DNA of 64,000 nucleotides, taken from positions 59,201 through 123,200 of the forward strand of contig JBDLIE010000003.1 of NCBI GenBank assembly GCA_039715015.1, written 5' to 3'. This DNA comes from Thermodesulfobacteriota bacterium. Its GTDB lineage: Bacteria; Desulfobacterota; Desulfobulbia; Desulfobulbales; SURF-16. Numbering within the stretch: the first letter of the stretch is position 1; the number at the start of each line of letters is the position of its first letter. Below, piece after piece: positions 59,960-64,000 of this stretch. The notes under the pieces are model-generated. The model worked only from the letters and a program-made list of their open reading frames with translations, did no database searches and was not told the origin of the DNA. The position numbers and the translations under genes are program-made.

Positions 59960-60960
59960 CCACTGCCCTCGCCCTTTTTTCAGGTGGCCTTGACTCCATC
60001 CTGGCCTGTCGTGTCATTCAGGATCAAGGCATTAAGGTCAAAGCCCTTAAATTTGTCAGCCCTTTTTTTGACTATGACCTCCTGGCCCGGCGCGACGAAT
60101 ATTGCGCAGAGATCCTTGCCAAATATGGAATTGATGTTGAGCTCATTGATATCAGTGAATCTTACCTGCACATGCTGGCAGCCCCTACCTACGGCTATGG
60201 CAAGAATTTCAATCCCTGTGTCGACTGTAAGATTCTTCTGGTCCGTGCCGCCAAAGAGCTGATGGCCAAGTATGAGGCCTCCTTTCTTATTACCGGCGAG
60301 GTAATCGGCCAGCGTCCCATGTCGCAACGCTCAGACACCCTTCGTATTATTGAAAGAGATAGCGGTACCGACGGTATTCTCCTGCGCCCCCTCTGCTGTC
60401 AGGCCCTGAAAAAAACACAGGCCGAGGAACAAGGTCTCATTGATCCCGAAAAACTGCCCCACTTCCATGGCCGCAACCGAACACCGCAGATAGAACTTGC
60501 TAGCCAAATGGGGATCAGCGATTTTCCCTCACCAGCCGGGGGCTGTATATTAACAGAACCAATACGGGCCGCCCGTATTCAAACCCTTTACAATATGGGG
60601 AAAGAAGAACTTCTTACGCCTGAGAATATCCGCTTCCTTCTCCAAGGCCGTCAATATCTCTTTCCATCCGGGGCCTGGCTTACCATGGGCCGCAACCAGA
60701 GTGAAAATATACTTATTGAGTCCCTTCAAATGGACAAGGACTTACTCATTAAGGCCGCAAAAAAACCAGGGCCAAGCGGACTTTTACGATTTAGTCATAA
60801 CGAGGCGGATCATCAACTGGCCGCAGCCATAGTCGCCCGCTATATGAAAAAAGATGATGATTTGGCCCAGGAGATGCGTGTTGTCGAGTCTGATGGTTCA
60901 TCAGATATCATTTCAGTTCGCCCTGCTGTGGATAGTGAGATCAAACCTCTGAACTGGTAG
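59956..60960 (+). CDS. PP-loop tRNA sulfurtransferase-like protein (ThiI/MnmA-related)
   Basis: FSGGLDS PP-loop, NPCVDCK, TGEVIGQRPMSQ, LLRPL, PAGGC. Confidence 0.8.
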   Translation: MTTALALFSGGLDSILACRVIQDQGIKVKALKFVSPFFDYDLLARRDEYCAEILAKYGIDVELIDISESYLHMLAAPTYGYGKNFNPCVDCKILLVRAAKELMAKYEASFLITGEVIGQRPMSQRSDTLRIIERDSGTDGILLRPLCCQALKKTQAEEQGLIDPEKLPHFHGRNRTPQIELASQMGISDFPSPAGGCILTEPIRAARIQTLYNMGKEELLTPENIRFLLQGRQYLFPSGAWLTMGRNQSENILIESLQMDKDLLIKAAKKPGPSGLLRFSHNEADHQLAAAIVARYMKKDDDLAQEMRVVESDGSSDIISVRPAVDSEIKPLNW

Positions 60961-60996
60961 ATCAATTATTCTTCGTTACAGCGCTCACAGGAGTTC

Positions 60997-61026
60997 TTGA
61001 CATGGCTTGGAAATATATTCTAATAT
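60997..61026 (+). promoter_or_regulatory. Candidate sigma70 promoter for tRNA-Thr
   Basis: TTGACA-18 nt-TAATAT, 70 nt upstream of the tRNA. Confidence 0.55.
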
Positions 61027-61095
61027 CGGAGTCCTGTACCACCTGCGGTGCAGTTTAGTGCAGGTCCAGCAAAAAGTTGCCTATCACACCTTGAA

Positions 61096-61171
61096 GCCGA
61101 TGTAACTCAGTTGGTAGAGTAGCTGATTCGTAATCAGCAAGCCAGCGGTTCGACTCCGCTCATCGGCTCCA
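61096..61171 (+). tRNA. tRNA-Thr (anticodon CGT)
   Basis: 76-nt cloverleaf: acceptor GCCGATG/CATCGGC, D stem ACTC/GAGT, anticodon stem GCTGA/TCAGC with loop TTCGTAA, T arm AGCGG-TTCGACT-CCGCT, 3' CCA encoded. Confidence 0.97.
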
Positions 61172-61278
61172 CTAGTTTCAACGACTTACGCAACACAACC
61201 AGGGGAAACCTCTTCCTTTTTTCTATTTTTTGTGCCAATATTGTCCCATCAACTTATTTTCTTCCTTGGGGTAATTTT

Positions 61279-61916
61279 ATGGCAAGTATTAGGAAAAGAG
61301 GTCCTTACCAATGGCAGGCACGAATACGTAAAAAGGGATATCCAGCCCAGGCTAAAACCTTTTACACTAAAGCTGATGCTGAGGCATGGGTTGCGGAAAT
61401 CGAGTCGGAGATGGTGCGTGGAGTATTTGTAATGAAGAAAAACTTCTACTTAAATCATGCTCAGCCAAACTTCGCCCTGTCATTTCCTTTGCGATAGAAA
61501 CTGCGATGAGACGAGGAGAAATTTCAACTCTTACGTGGAACAACGTTAACCTTTCAGATCGTTCTTTTCATCTCCCTAAAACCAAAAAGGGAGAACCAAG
61601 AACTGTCCCCCTCTCCCCTACAGCTCTTAATATCCTCAAGGCCTTGCCGAGAAACATAAGCGGATTGGTATTTGGCATTAGCGCCGGAAACATTACAAAG
61701 CAAATGAGCAAGACATGCGTAAAAGCAGGAATACAAGACTTACACTTCCATGATTTACGACATGAGGCCACAAGTAGGTTTTTTGAAAACACAGATCTTG
61801 ATGTTATGGAGATTAAAACTATAACTGGGCATAAGTCTTTGCAAATGCTCGCTCGACATAGTCACCTTCGAACTAGCCGCCTTGCCGATCGGCTGGCGGG
61901 AGCAAAAAGGGGTTAG
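61279..61916 (+). pseudogene. Tyrosine recombinase/integrase pseudogene
   Basis: N-terminal MASIRKRG..WQARIRKKG..KTF arm domain joins out of frame near 61430 to the catalytic domain (TAMRRGE, FHDLRHEATSR, GHKS); central domain missing; catalytic Tyr position reads His. Confidence 0.85.
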
Positions 61917-61991
61917 CGTTCAAGCAAACAACTACCCCTTGCCTTAATCAAATCAACTCACTAGTCGAGCCAAATTGATGCAATTAGCGGA

Positions 61992-62498
61992 TTATTTTTT
62001 CTCGGCCAGGTAAAATTTATGCTCCCTATCAAGAAATACAACATAGAATGTATTTTTATCAAAAAAATTGCCTGTTTTGGGGTGTGTTTTCATGTGTTGA
62101 GATGAGGGGATCTTGAAGCCGACAAGCCTGATTTTCGAACCAAGCCTGAAGCGCCCCCACTCTGCCTGATGCGGCACATGTGAAGGCCTAGTAAAGCTTG
62201 ATTTGGCAGGAAATTCACCATAGATAGCGAGTACTTTTAGTCCACCGCCGCCAATTCTCTCATGTAGCCAATAATCAAGAGGCTTGGCCGTATAATCTTT
62301 TAACTTAGCAAACAGCTCGGACAGCTGCTTGTGGGTCCACTCATTGAAGTTTTGTCCTGCAGGTTGACTGTGGACGAAATACGAAAAATTAAATTTGCAA
62401 CGAATGGTCAAATCGTTATCATCATCCTCAATACTCGACAGCTCAGCAAGCCCAGCAAGAAAAGCATCTGCCTTTGCATTCTTAAATTTTCTCCTCAT
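61992..62498 (-). CDS. Hypothetical 168-aa protein, possible RelE-like ribonuclease toxin
   Basis: KFNFSYF, RFRLGSKIRLVGF, FYVVFLDREHKFY; ATGA overlap with the upstream ATPase; fold is inferred. Confidence 0.65.
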   Translation of the reverse strand: MRRKFKNAKADAFLAGLAELSSIEDDDNDLTIRCKFNFSYFVHSQPAGQNFNEWTHKQLSELFAKLKDYTAKPLDYWLHERIGGGGLKVLAIYGEFPAKSSFTRPSHVPHQAEWGRFRLGSKIRLVGFKIPSSQHMKTHPKTGNFFDKNTFYVVFLDREHKFYLAEKK

Positions 62499-63634
62499 AT
62501 TCTTGGCACTCCACCGATCTTCCCAGAGTTGTACACTGGAGCCAAAAGACGATCATTTCTGACAATATCACCTTGGATTTCATCTAGCCGGTAGCCATAA
62601 CTTTCACTTTTATCTTTGTTGATAATGACTGTCCTGTACTTCCCCATATATTCAAGGATATCGGCGCTATGGGTAGAAAATAGCATCTGGGCATTCTTGG
62701 GATTTATTTCCTCGTCATCAAATTGCTTAACCATAATGGGGAGCATGTGGGGGTGAAGGTCAATGTCAAATTCATCCATAACAAGGAGCCCACCGGTTTT
62801 AATGGCATAAATATAATATGGGATAATTTTAAAAAGGGTCTGAGTACCAAGCGACTGGGAAAAGAAAGTGAGAATGTTTTTTTCCACATCTGCATCATGC
62901 GAAAAAATAGGAAAGTAGTTTTCTTCTCCCTCCTCATCTTTTTGCGCGTAGACATTGATGTCGGAGATTCCTAAATCACAATTTTTAATAATTTTAATAG
63001 CTTTTTTTAATACATCAGGGTTGTTGTAATAATATTTTGACATATATTTATGATTATTTGCGAAGTCTACCCTCCCCTGCCATGAAACATTTGTTATTAT
63101 TGAGTCAAAAAAACTATAAACTGGTGCAATAGCCAAAACTTCATATTGATTAGCAGTACTTATTATAGATGCATTGCTTCTTTGCTTAAAGGATTTAAGG
63201 CGAGAAAACTCTTTCGTGCAGTAGGCAACATTGTTGTCTTCGCGATGAAATAGTAACGTTTCTCGTTTTATTTTCCTAAATAGCTTCTCAGATAAAACAC
63301 CCTCTTTTTTTAGGCATAATTCATAGCGGTATGTGATATCATAAATAATGAAATCACAATATAGACAGATTGGGTTGTCGTTGTTGAAAAATGAATCAAC
63401 GACAATTTCATTGTCAGGTTTTTTATTAAATGAATCGCAACAGAAATCTTTCATGAAGGCAATAATTTTCAAAGCGTTAGTCTTCCCTGATCCGTTTGCC
63501 CCTTTTATACAGAGAAGGTTTGAAATAGCATTGCCTCGCGAAATATCTTGAGGACACTGAGGGCCAAGCTCTAATGAAATCTCAATTCCTTCTTTAAAGC
63601 AAAAAAAATTTTCAGCTCCAAATTTCAATAGCAT
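62495..63634 (-). CDS. ABC-type ATPase of the RloA/AbiLi (AAA_15/AAA_21) family
   Basis: ENFFCFK N-terminus, Walker A GANGSGKT, QSLGT signature, Walker B/D-loop MDEFDIDLHP, STH switch, C-terminal YNSGKIGGVP. Confidence 0.85.
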   Translation of the reverse strand: MLLKFGAENFFCFKEGIEISLELGPQCPQDISRGNAISNLLCIKGANGSGKTNALKIIAFMKDFCCDSFNKKPDNEIVVDSFFNNDNPICLYCDFIIYDITYRYELCLKKEGVLSEKLFRKIKRETLLFHREDNNVAYCTKEFSRLKSFKQRSNASIISTANQYEVLAIAPVYSFFDSIITNVSWQGRVDFANNHKYMSKYYYNNPDVLKKAIKIIKNCDLGISDINVYAQKDEEGEENYFPIFSHDADVEKNILTFFSQSLGTQTLFKIIPYYIYAIKTGGLLVMDEFDIDLHPHMLPIMVKQFDDEEINPKNAQMLFSTHSADILEYMGKYRTVIINKDKSESYGYRLDEIQGDIVRNDRLLAPVYNSGKIGGVPRI

Positions 63635-63890
63635 GTCTTTCTCTTTTTGGTTGTTTTCGGTTTGTTTTGTGAATAAGGGACGCGAAGAAACTCACCTTAA
63701 CGACTAAACTGACCGTTTTTGACAAAAAAAGCAACCTAAAACGACTCCATCCCCAGACATAAAAATCTTCCTAAGTAGACTTGATCGCTAAATAAGCACC
63801 GACATAAATCTACCCATGAGTTTTGGGGAAACGCCCTGATAGCGGAGCGTAGCCTTACCTAAAACGATTTGATGGAAAGCCAGAATAGAA

Positions 63891-64000
63891 GAGCCGGTCT
63901 TGGAAAACTGGACAGGTCGTTAAGTGAAAATGCCGTTCCAATCTGTTAACTTTATTTCAAACAGAAAGGAGCAAAACAATGGCAAAGAGACCACGCAGAA
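63891..64000 (+). mobile_element. Left end of an IS3-family insertion sequence with start of transposase OrfA
   Basis: IR-like GAGCCGGTCTTGGAAAACTGGACAG; AAGGAG RBS; ATG 63979 MAKRPRR, cut by the window edge. Confidence 0.6.

Larger units (their letters stand above)
61172..64000. mobile_element. Left part of a tRNA-Thr-anchored genomic island, continuing beyond the window
   Basis: Integrase remnant immediately 3' of the tRNA, visibly AT-richer cargo genes, IS end. Confidence 0.75.

Overview
Mostly core chromosomal DNA of a Gram-negative anaerobe. Gene content (lysC-cimA-comEA, purB-DUF4911-miaB-PHP, multiheme cytochrome, amphi-Trp/XXXCH protein) suggests Desulfobacterota, probably Desulfobulbales-like; this is inference only. 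About 55 housekeeping CDSs are present, including parC, menG, lpxB, leuB, lysC, cimA, miaB, purB, recJ, miaA, serC, pepA, mgtE, typA, ahcY, metK and recN. Four things stand out. (1) A stand-alone secreted OmcS-like multiheme cytochrome (29.4-30.5 kb) keeps the CxxCHTMH motif used for filament contacts, has two non-canonical CX5CH/CX6CH motifs and sits behind a candidate sigma54 promoter. (2) A genomic island starts at tRNA-Thr(CGT) (61.1 kb) and holds a dead tyrosine integrase, a translationally coupled RloA/AbiLi-type ABC ATPase plus a small RelE-like/unknown protein (candidate undescribed defence or toxin-antitoxin pair) and the left end of an IS3-family element. (3) A multiply frameshifted Zn-dehydrogenase pseudogene with a G13 tract is not recognisable in the ORF track. 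(4) A mini-protein resembles only the C-terminal part of FliF. No CRISPR array or rRNA was seen. All family calls come from motif recognition by eye, not database searches.
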